NCBI RefSeq assembly: GCF_004010195.1
Contig: NC_057719.1
Span: forward strand, 57,515,023 to 57,579,022
Direction: 5' to 3'
DNA: 64,000 bases
Source of the DNA: Chiloscyllium plagiosum
Lineage: Eukaryota
A program made the translations under genes and the position numbers. Of this stretch, positions 24,586 to 37,470 are shown piece by piece. The notes under the pieces were generated by a model, which worked only from the letters and a program-made list of their open reading frames with translations, ran no database searches and was not told the origin of the DNA. The first letter of the stretch is position 1. Every line of letters starts with the position of its first letter.

Positions 24586-27268
24586 GGGAGACAGTAAGGA
24601 CCACAGATGCTGGATGTCAGAGTCCATAGATGTGAAGGTGGAAGAGCACAGCATCTCAGCCAGCAACCACGGAGCAGGAAAGTCAACCTTTCAGGCCGAA
24701 ACCCTTCGTCAAGGGGGAGGGGGACGGGAGCCTGGAGATGAATGGAGGGAACCAATTGGGGTTGGGGGATCGGTTGGTGGGATGGTGATAGGTGGATGCA
24801 GGTACGGCATTATTGTGATTGTCAGCAGGAGGGGTGGAGCAGATAGGTGATTAGGAAGATGGACAGGTTAGAACAGGTCAGGGAGGTGAGGAGGAGTGGG
24901 GCTAGACATGAGATAAGGCTGGGGGAAGGAAAGACTTTGAAGCTGGCGAAGTTGATGTTAAGGCCACTGGGCGATAAGCTTCCCAGGCAAAACATAAAGC
25001 GTTATTTCCCCCAGTTTCCACTCTGACAGTGGAGGCGGCCATGGATGGACATATTGCCAGGGGAGTGAGAGGGGGAACTAAAGTAAATGGCAACTGGAGG
25101 GTCAAGTTGCTTAGTGTATGCAGAGCGCAGATGCTCTGTGAACTGGTGCTCAAGTCTGCTTTTGCTCTCCCTCATATAGAGGAGACCACATCAGGAGCAA
25201 CAGATGCAATAGATGAGGTTAGATTTGGTGTAGGTGAATTGCTGTCAGATTTGGAAGGATTGTTTAGGGCCTTGGACAGAGGTGAGAGGGGAGGTGTGTG
25301 GGCAGGTGTTGCACCTCTTGCAGTTGCAGGGAAAGGTATCTTTGTGTGTTGGAGAAGTTGGTGGGGAGTGTAGTGTTGATGAGGGAAGTGCAGAGTGAGC
25401 TTTTCTGTGGAAAGCGGGGAGGGGTAAGGAAAGAAATATCTTTTTGGTGGCGAGATCTTATTGTAGGTGGCAGAAATGTTGGAGGATGATGATGTATTGG
25501 ATTCAGAGGTTGGTGGGGTGGTACATGAGGACTAAGTTCAGTATGTGGATGTACCTACTAGAGAAGGTGCAAAACTAGACCTACTCTTGGGAAATAAAGC
25601 AGGGCAGGTGACTGAGGTGTCAGTGGGGGAGCATTTTGGGGCCAGCGACCATAATTCTATTCGTTTTAAAATAGTGATGGAAAAGGATAGACCAGATCTA
25701 GAAGTTCTAAATTGGAGAAAGGCCAATTTTGACGGTATTAGGCAAGAACTTTCGAAAACTGATTGGAGGCAGATGTTCACAGGGACGGCTGGAAAATGGG
25801 AACCCTTCAGAAATGAGATAACAAGAATCCAGAGAAAGTATATTCCTGTCAGGGAGAAAGGAAAGGCTGGTAGGTATAGGGAACACTGGATGACTAAAGA
25901 AATTGAGGGTTTGGTTAAGAAAAAGAAGGAAGCATATGTCAGGTATAGACAGGATTGATCGAGTGAATCCTTAGAAGAGTATAAAGAAAGTACACTTAAG
26001 AGGGAAATCAGGAGGGCAAAACGGGGATATGAGAGAGCTTTGGCAAATAGAATTAAGGAGAATCCAAAGGGTTTTTACAAATATATTAAGGACAAAAGGG
26101 TAACTAGGGAGAGAATAGGGCCCCTCAAAGATCAGCAAGGTGGCCTTTGTGTGGAGCCACAGAAAATGGGGGAAAATACTAAATGAATATTTTGCATCAA
26201 TATTTACTGTGAAAAGGATATGGAAGATATAGACTGTAGGGAAATAGATGGTGACATTTTGCAAAATGTCCAGATTACAGAAGAGGAAGTGCTGGATGTC
26301 TTGAAACGGATAAAAGTGGATAAATCCCCAGGACCTGATCAGGTGTACCCGAGAACTCTGTGGGAAGCAAGAGAAGTGATTGCTGGGCCTCTTGCTGAGA
26401 TATTTGTATCGTCGATAGTCACAGATGAGATGCCGGAAGGCTAGAGGTTGGCTAACGTGGTGCCACTGTTTAAGAAGGGCGGTAAGGACAAGCCAGGGAA
26501 CTATAGACCAGTGAGCCTGATGTCGGTGGTGGGAATATTGCATGCAGTTCTGGTCTCCTTCCTATCGGAAAGATGTTGTGAAATTGAAAGAGTTCAGAAA
26601 AGATTTATAAGGATGTTGCCAGGGTTGGAGGATCTGAGCTACAGGGAAAGGCTGAACAGGCTGGGGCTGTTTTCCTTGGAGCGTCAGAGGCCAAGGGGTG
26701 ACCTTATAGAGGTTTACAAAATTATGAGGGGCATGAATAGGATAAATAGACAAAGTCTTTTCCCTGGGGTCGGGAGTCCAGAACTAGAGGGTACAAGTTT
26801 AGGGTGAGAGGGGAAAGATATAAAAAAGACCTAAGAGGCAACTTTTTCACGCAGAGGATAGTACGTGTATAGAATGAGCTGCCAGAGGATGTGGTTGAGG
26901 CTGGTACAATTGCAACATTTAAGAGGCATTTGGATGTGTATATGAATAGGAAGGGTTTGGAGGGATATGGGCCGGGTGCTGGCAGGTGGGATTAGATTGG
27001 GTTGGGATATCTGGTCGGCATGGACGGATCTGTTTCCACGCTGTACATCTCTATGACTTTATGACTCCAAGTGAACTCTATCCTTGTTGGTGGGGGGAGG
27101 AGATTTGAGGGCAGAAGTGCAGGAGAAGGAGGAGGTGCAGTTGACAGCATCTTAATTACTGAGGAGGGGAAACTACTGTCCCTAAATTAGGAGGGTATCT
27201 GGGATGTCCTGGAGTGGAATGCCTCAGCCTGGGAGCAGATGCAGCGGATGTCGAGGAATTGAGAGCAT
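24586..27268 (-). mobile_element. Penelope-like retroelement 3' part (GIY-YIG endonuclease and terminal repeat), split by a CR1 insertion
   Basis: Minus strand ~25140-25275 reads GPKQSFQI*QQFTYTKSNLIYCICCS*CGLLYMRESKSRL (PLE GIY-YIG with CxxC). A degenerate hammerhead TTGACGAAGGGTTTCGGCCTGAAAG lies near 24690-24714. The PLE sequence resumes at ~27068. Confidence 0.85.
25538..27067 (+). mobile_element. Relatively young HER1/CR1 LINE, 5'-truncated, with the RT core deleted
   Basis: ORFs YVDVPTREGAKLDLLLGN...SDHNSI (endonuclease), KSPGPDQVYPR and ANVVPLFKKGGKDKPGNYRPVSLMSVVG, then a jump directly to EYCMQFWSP/ERVQKRF. Tail CTATGACTTTATGACTC. Confidence 0.95.
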
Positions 27269-29159
27269 GTCTGATCAATAGTTGCTCTTGACTAAAGAAA
27301 ATTCCCTCCATATTTTATGATATGGCCATTTGGTGGAGCACATTCAGTGTATCTAGCACGTAAATCACTAGCACTTAGTGTAGCTGTAACATAGATATCA
27401 TGCAGTACAGTATAGAACATGTCCACCCCCTTGATTGATCCTGACTATTGACAAGCATGACAAGTTGCTGACTTTATGTTTGCATTAAAAAAGCAAGGCA
27501 AGACATAAGCATTATGAGCTTAAAGTTCTGAATGAGGCAGCAATGCACAAAAAGACAAAGCAAGACATTGTTGAGTTGCTGTGAGCATCCAAGTAGGTAC
27601 AATGTGAGTGAGCACTAAGACAGCAAGCTAAGACGTCTCCAATGCATGAGATGGGTGCCTGTCTGTGTGCACAAGCAACCTGCCAGCATCATTGCAATGT
27701 AGGGTATCAGTGAATTTCAAAGTGTATTATCAGTGAGTTTGGGGTGGACCATGATGATGAGATGAGGTTGATACTGATCTAATGCCAACCTTCATGGATG
27801 GGGGAGATTGGGGGTGGGAGGGGAGGCATGGCTGCCCAAGGAGCATACACTGAGATGTTGGGGAACACTGGCCAAGATGGGGCCCCAAGAAGATGCCAAT
27901 GAGTTGCAGCTCAGACTTTCACTTCAGGAATTGTTGCGATCTAGCTTCTTTCCGCTGCCTGGGAAAATAACACTCACATATAAATAAGGTGAGATTAAGT
28001 AATGGTGACATGTTAATACATGCAAATAAGCCCTCACTGCTCATTATTGGGAGTTTCACTAGCTGTGAAAACCTTGAGCAGAAAATCAGACATTTTACTC
28101 ACTTTTCATTTTTGACCCATGGTCAGTCCTGAGGTCTCATTTTTTTTGTTCTGGCCATGTTTTCTCACTGATTCACCATTGCTCCTGTCATTCAGGATTC
28201 AGGAAAATTCCACCCATTATCTCTGACAAGCAACACTCGGAGTGAGTGTATATTTTGTGGCTAATAGTGTTCAAATTGCATAGTCTCTTCTTTAATCTGT
28301 TCTAAGGCTTAGATTGGATTCAAACTGCACATATCAAAACTAATCTATATTAATTCATTGCATTTCTCATTGATGTCTGATCAATATAAATTTGGTTCAC
28401 TGATTAACTTTGTGCTGAAATCTTCATTGTTGTTGATTAGGTGAGCTATGCTGATCGATACTTTAAATACTGACCAGTAAACAGCTAGTTAAACAGCTGT
28501 CTCATTCTTCTCCCAGTGCGCTGTTCTGAATGTTAATGTTTTTAGTATTCATCCCAGTTTTGATCTGTTTTTGGGGCTAGAGCTGGTACATTGAACAAAA
28601 TGGAATTCACTTTTGATAATTTAAATTGTTGAGTCACTGTTATAATGACCATTTAAGTCATTATAACAGTGTATATGGATCACAACTTGTATTCATAAGT
28701 GAGTAATGCAATGTCAAGAAATCTATCTGCAATACAATAGATATTATTATAGAATAAAATGCTTAAACTAGCTTCTATTTTAATTATACTTTACTTATTT
28801 GAGTAAATTTAAGGAGATGGGAGGTAAGATAGATAAAAAGTGTTCAGATTGGTGGGCAAAGTAAACTAAATATCAGTTCCATACACTAATGCACGTAGCA
28901 TAAGAAATAAAACAAATACATGTCAATCTAAAATGCAGCTCAAAGAGTTCAACACTGTGGCCATTACCAAGAACTGGCCAAAAACTTGGATGATTTAGCA
29001 GTGAACAATCCAGACCACAGGACATTTAGATTGTTGAAGGAAATTAGGAAACTAGCAATACTGATAAACCACAATGATAGCAGCAACAAGATGGAGTTTA
29101 AGTAAAGATGATTAAGCAGTGGGAATCTTTATGGGGAACATCACAAACAGCAAAAAGTT

Positions 29160-29380
29160 CAAGATACGGTATTTGAAATGAGATGTTAAGCCAAAGCCAT
29201 GCTCCTTCTCCCATGCAAATGCAACAATGCCAATGCACTGGTTTTTCAGGTGTTCTGGCCAATACTTATATCAAAACTAACACCACTAGAACAGGTTATC
29301 TGATCATTTATCCAATACAGTCTATGAGAATTAATTATGTGTACATTTGCTGTTGTTCTCAGTACATCATTAAATGATGT
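29160..29380 (+). mobile_element. Decayed Deu-core SINE
   Basis: ATGAGATGTTAAGCC...GTTCTGGCCAATA...TTATCTGATCATT is reverse-similar to 22640-22935. Confidence 0.5.
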
Positions 29381-30129
29381 AGATATTTTTAACACCCAAA
29401 TAGAAGTGATTCGGTTGGGGATTTATAAATGGACATCAAGAATGTAACAATAAAAACAATTCAGTAATAATGGGAGATGTTAATTTTCACAGATTGAGAG
29501 AAGCAGATTAAAGGCAATAGCTTCAGGATATGTTTGAGGTGATGTATGAGAACACTAGCCCAGAACCTGCATAATAAAAATAGTAAAAATATTAGCAATC
29601 ATTGTAATTACATTGTGAAACTGACAATGTCTATCATTTGCACATGTACAGTTAAATGTGGAAAATCAAATGTTCCACCACAGGGTACACCGTTGAGGTT
29701 CTCACAGATAAAAAAAAAATTAGAAATCACTGAAGTATTGCTGTAACATTTCTGATAAAGGAAAAAATTCTCATTACTAAAACATAACTATGCTTTTAAA
29801 TGGTGTATTAAATAATAAAAACTAATGAAACTTTAAGATCATAGAAACTTAATTTAATATTTGTGCAATGTTGAAATGTTTAATTATAAAAAAGGTCAAC
29901 AGTTAATCAATTAAAGTAACTTCTAAATTTATGAAATCACAACTTCTATGTTCTGATCTTTATTTTCTGGAATATTTACAATATGTTAGTGAGATTCAAT
30001 ACTTTTTATTTTCACTTTACTTGCTAGACAATCAGCAAGATAAGACTGAATGGTGAAACAAGCTCAAAATCTTGGATGGGCTGCATGTGCTCCTGTTTCT
30101 TTTTTCCAATGGTTTACTGGCTGTGAGAA

Positions 30130-31600
30130 TTCTTTAATCTTACCGTGCGTAAAGGCATCAATGTTCACGGATGCACAAAGATATCATTGACTTAATGGGA
30201 GATGCAAGTTAATTATGAAAAGAAGTAAAATCCATATCGAAGAGATGGTGAGATCTTGGTGGGAAACAAGGGGGTAAGGCCACATTAAATGTAGTGATAA
30301 ATAATGTCAGAATTAGTTAGCCACATTAAATTTTCTTGTAAATAGTGGCCATGATATGATTAGATTTGAAATTAGGTTTGACAAAGAGCGGAGGGTCTCA
30401 GACAAAAGTTTTAGATTCTGTCAAGGCACGCTATGTGGTAATGAGCAACAAATCAGCCATAACAATCTGGCCTGAAGTTTTACCAGGTGAACTTACAGAC
30501 AAAAGTTCAAAAGTGTAACGAGACCATGCAGAAGTAGCACGTACCTGTAAAAATCAAAAACTCCACATGCATAGTTAAACAGCAATGACCAATAAATGAG
30601 GTAAAACCAATGACAGTCTAAAAAATAGGCTTGCAGACATGCAATCCAAAATAGATGGAAAACCTAAAAATGGATGCAAAGATGTGCAAAATTGAATAGG
30701 AAAAAAATAGCCTTGTAAAGCATACTAAAGCTAACAGCAAGAGATTTTACTAATATACCAAGACGTTGTGTGGACACATTACAAACAGATTCAAACAAGG
30801 ATTTAATGGACAATATGGAAATGACAAACATGCTGAATTGATCATTTTTAATCCATTTTCTCAGTTAAGCAAAAGAACAAAAGTTTGATGTATAAGAGAA
30901 CTCCAAATAATTCAGTGGGAAAGTTTAGTGGATTTAATATAACTTTCAAAAAGGTGATGGAGAAAGTAACAAGTCTGATCAAAGAAGTAGTGCACATTTG
31001 TCCAAATGCTGAATCACTCTGATGCAGAACATAATACAGTGAACAGTAGGTAATACCTGATTAATTCAGTTGAACATTACTGAGGAAGTATCAAGTTTTT
31101 GAGGAGGTAGATGAGGAATTCCCCATAGACATTTCTATATGGGCTTCCTGAAGGCATTTAGTAAGGTTCATCACAAGAGATTTCTAACAAAACTGAAAGC
31201 ATGAAATTGATGGTAAACCCATGGAATGGGTTGTTAATTGATTAGAATCCAGACAGTAGCAATAGAAGGGACGTTCTCTGATTGACAGGATAAAGAAATG
31301 TGACAGGATGTGATATTCCAAACGGATGTGTACTTGGTCACCTATAAGAATAAAAATCACACAATACTAGGTTATAGTCCAACAGGTTTATTTGGAAGCA
31401 CCAGCTTTTGGAGCGCCGCTCCTTCGTCAACAACCTGTTGGACTGTAACCTAGGGTTGTGTGATTTTTAACTTTGTCCACCCCAGTCCAACACTGGCACT
31501 TCCAAGTCACATCTATAAGAATAACCAAGTTAAAGAAATAAAGAGTTATAAATCTAAGTTTTCAGATAGCATTAAGAGTTCTGAGTTAAACAGGTAGGCA
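30130..31600 (+). mobile_element. Very old, fragmented CR1 ORF2 (endonuclease to RT)
   Basis: Residual motifs: DIFYMGFLKAFSKVHHKRF at ~31128-31185, CAGCAAGAGATTTTAC (SKRF) and AAGTTTTCAGATAGC (degenerate KFADD). A related endonuclease piece (NSVIMGDVNF) lies at ~29455. Confidence 0.6.
31351..31512. mobile_element. Second copy of the palindromic PLE-derived element (same family as 14620), internally deleted
   Basis: TAGGTTATAGTCCAACAGGTT ... AACCTGTTGGACTGTAACCTA inverted arms. CTATAAGAATAA is duplicated at 31342-31353 and 31513-31524. Confidence 0.85.
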
Positions 31601-34492
31601 TTGGGTGTTACTAAGTTTATTCCAACCGTATCTTTGATCCTATGTCACATGAGGGTGATAATTGGTATTTTTGAGTCATTGAGGAAAGGTTTCCTGGACA
31701 CTAGGGTGATGATGAAAGTAGTGAGGAGCTGCATTTGGATGGTCTTCTGGAGCACACCTCCAGCTGTAGAATTTCTTCACCTAGGCTCTCATCACAGGAG
31801 GTGCCACCAGTTCCCACAGCAGACTGGGGACCATCGAACTGAAGACTCCATGTTCAAAGGGGGCACTGTTGACAAGAAATACAACCCAGGCATCATCAAG
31901 CCAACTACAGAAGTTTCTCCACTGTTGAGAAGCCTGCCTAATTGGTGTGTCTGAAGTTTTATTTTAAGCTCAACTCACCAAAGACATGTCCATGTTGAAC
32001 TAACCTCTTGATCTTGTACTTGCCTTACCAGTGTCCATCTCTTTTTTCAGTGGGGCTGCTGAAGCTTCAGACTTGCTAACTGGATGCCAAGCATTGAGGC
32101 AGCCACAATTGGGAAGATCCTTCCACTAAATTAACTGTTAGCAAGCGTACAATTGGTTCCATCATCAGGATCCCAAAGTCCATAAGAAAAGTTTGCCCAT
32201 TAATCTTAGAACTGAGAAAGACAACTTGGTCATTTTCATAATGGTTTCAGATTAGGAGCTGTGCAGGGATAAAGGGGTGTGTGTATCCACTTGCAGAAAC
32301 TAGTCAAAGTAGTGTCCAGCTACAAAGTTTAGTCAACAGCATCAATGGTACACTTATCTTTCTTTAAAAAGGTTTAGATTTTTTAAAAAAACTCTGCTTC
32401 CGTTCAGAGTTGAAATAATGTGTTCAGGATATATTGGCCTTGAAGCTGAAACTATCTTCCCCAGAAGGATGCATATTCTACATCAACACATATTTTCAAG
32501 ACTTAAGATCAATAGGTTTGTTAGGTATTTTGTTAGGCTAACTTTAATGGTACTTTGTTCATTTTTTAAAATTAGAATTATCTAATTTCAAAATGTACAT
32601 TATACATCTTAGTCATTATTCATTACATTTTTAGCTAGGCCAGAAATTAGCAAAGTAACAAAATGTCAGTTTCAAAAAATAATGAGCGATAAGGGCAAAC
32701 TTTGTCCTTAAATGCCATTAACAATCTGGCACCTCGGTTGCAGTTTTTTTCTGTCCCATCTTTCTTGTTATGACATAAAACTTGACCCACCATTTTCTAT
32801 GACTGTATAATGTGCACATCTGTCAGCCTGTATTAATACAGTACCTCTCAACTTTTACCTCTTTAGCATTACAGTACAGCAATTGCATGTCAGCTTATCT
32901 TTGAATTTATCTAATCTGTTGCAATGGTGACATCATAAAATGCACGGTAGAATGCTAATCATGACAGATGGGCACAGCAAGTTGCCAAGCAACAGTTCAA
33001 TTGGATAGCTCTCATGACATTGGCAAAGTCACTTAAGTCTCATCGTGTTATACGAACTATTAAATTATGGCGTTATTACTCACTCCAATCATTCATAATT
33101 TTATACTTTTCAAAGTTCACATCTGACTTTTATACCATTATGTGGCAAGTGCATTAGAGGAAATGTGACATATTTAAAAAAATAAAAATGACAGTGTTGC
33201 AGAACCTGACAATGCTGAGCATTACCCAAGGCTAAAAAGCCTTCAGCTTCCCTGTCACAGCACAATTGCAGCCCTCTTCCATCTCAATTCCCTAACTACA
33301 CCTTGCAGTACATTACAGAAAGTACAGATTTTTTATCAAAAATATTAAATATCTAAATTTGACTTGCTCCTGAAGTTCAGATTATTGCAATTTTAATTTT
33401 TACTTTAATTAGTATAACACCTGCAGATTAAATATGAAAATATTCTAGTATTCTATACAATTTAATGTAAAGGAAGGGTAATTTTTATCTCAAATCTAAT
33501 ATTATAAATATTATTTACTCTGTATTCCTTTATTCTAATTTGCTTACATTACCCATTTTTTTCAAGAACTAGATAGAACACTGCCTCTGTTCTCATTCCC
33601 TCAAGTTCCATGGGGGTTCTTCCAACCTTTAATCTAAAGGTACAATTACTCCTCCTTGTCATGCCACAGGAAATGGTGGGAAGGTTGTGAAAAGATAATG
33701 AGAGTGAAAAAACTCAAAACCTCAACAAGAAGAAAATTTCTGACTTTATCCTTAAGTTTTAAATGGCAACTTCAGAATCTGGTTGCTGAGCAGCAATGAT
33801 TATTTCCCAAGCATTTGCACCTCACTATTAGCTCAACTTGTTTCATTTCTTTGCCACTTCCAATTCTCCTCTCCTTATCTATAAAACTAGAGAGCACAAA
33901 TACCCACTATTTAAGCCGGGGTGGGTACATTGCAGCTACAGCTGATAGATTGCTTCTCCTGGCCATCATCTATCTTTCCTTTATTTTAATATCTGTATGT
34001 GCTCCATGGGCACCAACCTTCTTGTCCTTTCGTTGACACAAGTCAGCAGCAACAAACCACCAGTCTCACCAAATCATTGTGCCTGTGCTGGAACTAACTG
34101 AAACACAGTTCAGCCTTCAACACTTTGAAGCTCAGGATGTAGCAGGTATACACATTCATTTCCTATATGTGCACAGAATGCATCTGACAGCCCTTAGTTG
34201 CTTTTTTCGCACTCATTCACTTTGTGCTTACTTGGGAAATGCCAGGCCCTGTGGCTTTCATTGTTTTATTTTGCACAGAGACTCCTCAGTACTCAGTTTG
34301 GAGCGCCAGCCTCTGCGGTTTGCATTTGTTTTTAGAGCACAGTGAGAAGTGGGTAACTTGTCATGGTGGGACATAATGAAAGGTCAAGGTGATGGACATG
34401 TCACGTTATGGCACTGGGCTACATGAATGTCCTGCCTGCACCTTGTAACAGCAATTTAGGTGGCAAATGCATTGCATGCGCCTCATGCAAAT

Positions 34493-34592
34493 GGTCCAAC
34501 AGGTTTATTTGGAAGCACTAGCTTTTGGAATGCTGCTCCTACATCAGGTGTTGTGGAATACAAGATCATAAGACTCAGAATTTATAGCAAAT
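34493..34592 (-). mobile_element. Single-arm fragment of the same PLE family
   Basis: GTCCAACAGGTTTATTTGGAAGCACTAGCTTTTGGAATGCTGCTCCTACATCAGG matches the left arm at 14648-14704. Confidence 0.8.
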
Positions 34593-35699
34593 TTATTGGC
34601 TTCTACATGGGTAGAGTGTAAGGCCAACAAGGGCATGAGAATTTGGAAAACGACGAGCTCTGAGGGTAAAATGGGAACATTAATAATCAACAGAAATGGG
34701 GGAAGGTGAAAGGCCATAACAGCCATAGAGAAAGCAACTCAAAAAGAGAAGGCGAAGAATGGGGCGATCACCTTGTGTCTCAAATCAATCACAAGGACAC
34801 AAAGTTGGAACCTTGCCAAGTGAAATCAAAACTCTGTTATGCAATAACTGCCCAAAAAGGCTCAGACCACATTGCAAAGTGGGTGAAATAAATTTTTTCT
34901 TTAAAAATTTGAGACCATGCCTTGGACAATTTCAGTAATCATGGTTCCAGCGATTCGGTAATTCCACCCTCCTGGCTTCATTGTCAGGCCCATCCAATCT
35001 CCAAAAACACCCATTCTTGGCCTCAAGCAACCAAAACTAGTTTATGGTGTGGACTAATTGTCTCCTTTTATGTCAGTACAGCAAATATAGTTCAACAAAG
35101 ATACTTATGAAAAGCTTTATTGGCTTTTTTTTACACCAGAAATATGTTTCATAGCTAGAATTGGAAGAAAATGCTTCACTGCTGCCACAATTGCACACTG
35201 ACTGTAAGGATGCAAGCGTGCATAAGGGTGTTTTTACTCGAGTGGCCAGGGTGATTCTAATATTTTGACTCAGTGGCAAAATTCTATATTTCCAAAGCAG
35301 CATGGAAGCTTTGGTTATTTAACATATACTTGGATAAGGTTACATACTTCAGAGCTCCCTATGCAAGTATGTCATTGACATCCTTGGGAAGGCTTCATGT
35401 CACATTGTTTGAGGGTATACCCAGAGGCTTCACTGTGATGGATGTGAAAGTTATGGAGTTCTTCCAATAAAATTACATTAACTTTCTTATCTTCCCCACA
35501 GACTATCCATTCACTGACTCACATGGAAACCATTGCCGCTGGAATCCTTGTGACCTCTGTTCAAATGTGAAGTAGCACAGGAGGAGGCAACAAGTAGAAT
35601 GTCATCAGCAAGTCCAGCATGAGAAACCAACCTTGAGCAAATGCTGCACAGCCTCCAGAGGGAGTAGTTGGTGAAGATCCCACAAAGAGACAGAAGGGA

Positions 35700-36105
35700 A
35701 TGATGAGTTCTGGATCTACAGGCCATGCTGTCATGTTCTTCAACTGACTGCCAGACTTGGCTGGCACCAATTAAGGATATCCCTGGCCAGTATCACTGAA
35801 TTGACATTTGCTGGAGAATGACTTGTGTTCAGAACAACTGGGTGGTCATCCCATCTCAGTAATTGTCAATGTCACAATTGCCCTGAACTTTTATGCCAAT
35901 AGCTCACTTCAAGGAATAACTGGGGACCTGTGCTTTATTTCCCAATCTATAACTGAATCTGGAATGCTACTGATGCCATTTTCTCAAAATTACAGGTGGG
36001 TCATATCCTTTCCCCATGATGAAAAGAGCCAAGCAGCTTGCGTAGTGGGATTCTCTGCCACCGCTGGTTTATCCAGATTCAGGACTCAGTGAACTGCACT
36101 CAGAT
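35700..36105 (+). mobile_element. PIF/Harbinger (HARBI1-like) transposase relic, N-terminal half
   Basis: ORF 35808-36092 GGHPISVIVNVTIALNFYANSSLQGITGDLCFISQS...ISFPHDEKSQAACVVGFSATAG. Upstream IYRPCCHVLQLT..LRISLASITEL aligns with the 2683 relic. Confidence 0.88.
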
Positions 36106-36124
36106 TGCCAGAGAAAGTTGTAAA

Positions 36125-36258
36125 AGGCAAAGTAGCTATAGTCCTATCAGATTGTAGGACTACTCAGAGAGAGAGAGAGACAGAGAGACAGAGAGAGAGA
36201 GAGAGTGAGACAGACAGACAGAGAGACAGAGAGAGAGACAGAGAGAGAGAGAGACAGA

Positions 36259-36302
<44 letters not shown>

Positions 36303-36475
36303 GAGAGAGAAAGAGAAAGACAACTGGTGATGGTTTAACTGGAGGGTTACCATAACTCAGTCGAGGGGAGAACTTGAGAAGATGACTTCTTTGTGGTGAC
36401 CTCAGCTGGTATGGGATTTGAATGTGCACTACTGGCATTGCTTTGCCTAACAAACCAAACAGCCGAGTTAAACTA
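36125..36475 (-). mobile_element. tRNA-derived SINE containing an expanded GA microsatellite
   Basis: The minus strand starts with a degenerate A-box (TTAACTCGGCTG) and B-box-like CATTCAAATCCCATACCAGCTGAGG. The body continues on both sides of the microsatellite. Confidence 0.55.
36166..36321. repeat. (GA)n/(GACA) compound microsatellite
   Basis: Direct observation. Confidence 0.98.
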
Positions 36476-37004
36476 TTTCATTCTGAAGGTGGATAGACTC
36501 TCGTTAGGCAGGAGAATTAAGGGTTATCAGAGGTAGATGGGAATGTGGAATTCAAAACAAACAAATCAGCCATAATTTTATTGAATAGCAGAGCAGGTTT
36601 GAGGGGCTGAATGGTGACAGGACCTCTTTTGGCAGTCTGCAGTAAAAAGAATAGCCCTCAAGTCCATGATTCCAACCACCAGATCGCTGTCCACTACAGC
36701 ACAGGTTCACTATGAGGCTAATTTTAACATCTGAAGTGGTGTATAACTAGGGTTTAATGCTGAAAGGTCCCAGCAATGGTGAACAATTCCAAATCTCCTA
36801 GTGTGTGATTCCATGGGAAAGGAGCTAGAAGTGCACCGTTCATGAGGTGCAGAGCAGAAGACTGCACTAGAAAAGTTACTGAAAGCCACGACAGATTGGA
36901 TGCCTTGAATGTCAAACAACAAAACACTAATTGAAAATGGGAAAACATAGGAACAGGGGTAGTCCGTTCAACCTATCAAGCCTGCTTCATCATTCAACGA
37001 GATC

Positions 37005-37470
37005 CCTCTTACTTGGATAACAGCAGCTTCAACAACACTCAAGGGGCTCACTTTCATCCAGGACTACTTTACTGGCACCTCATCCACCAGGTTAAACATT
37101 CACAAACACCACCACAATACATTTGCTCATGCTTGTACAGTCTCTAAGATTCACTGCAAGAATTTACAAAAGCTACTTTGATAGCACTTTCCAAATGTGA
37201 TCTTTTAACATTTAAAAGAACAAAAACAACAAGTGGATGTGAACACTATCACCTCTCTAAGCCACACACTGTCATGACTTGGAAGTATATTGGTTTTCCT
37301 TCACCATCACTGGATCAGTATCTTGGATCTCATCCCTAACAGCAATAAGAATATACCGACACCACAGGAATTCCAACGATTGAAGAAAGCAGTTCATTCT
37401 TACCTTCTTGGGGTAATGAGAGATGGGCAATAAACATTAGCCTTACCAGCAACACCCACATCCAATAATG
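37005..37470 (+). mobile_element. 3' end of the second LINE family
   Basis: Reverse-similar to 41680-41960. Ends GAGATGGGCAATAAACATTAGCCTTACCAGCAACACCCACATCC. Confidence 0.7.

Noticed and set aside
25029..25373. 114-aa plus-strand ORF
   Set aside because: Antisense shadow of the PLE GIY-YIG region
35808..36092. Host HARBI1 gene
   Set aside because: Frameshifted, interrupted by a SINE and multi-copy in the window, so a transposon relic rather than the domesticated gene
36105..36453. ORFs rich in ER/ET or SL repeats
   Set aside because: They are translations of the (GA)n microsatellite
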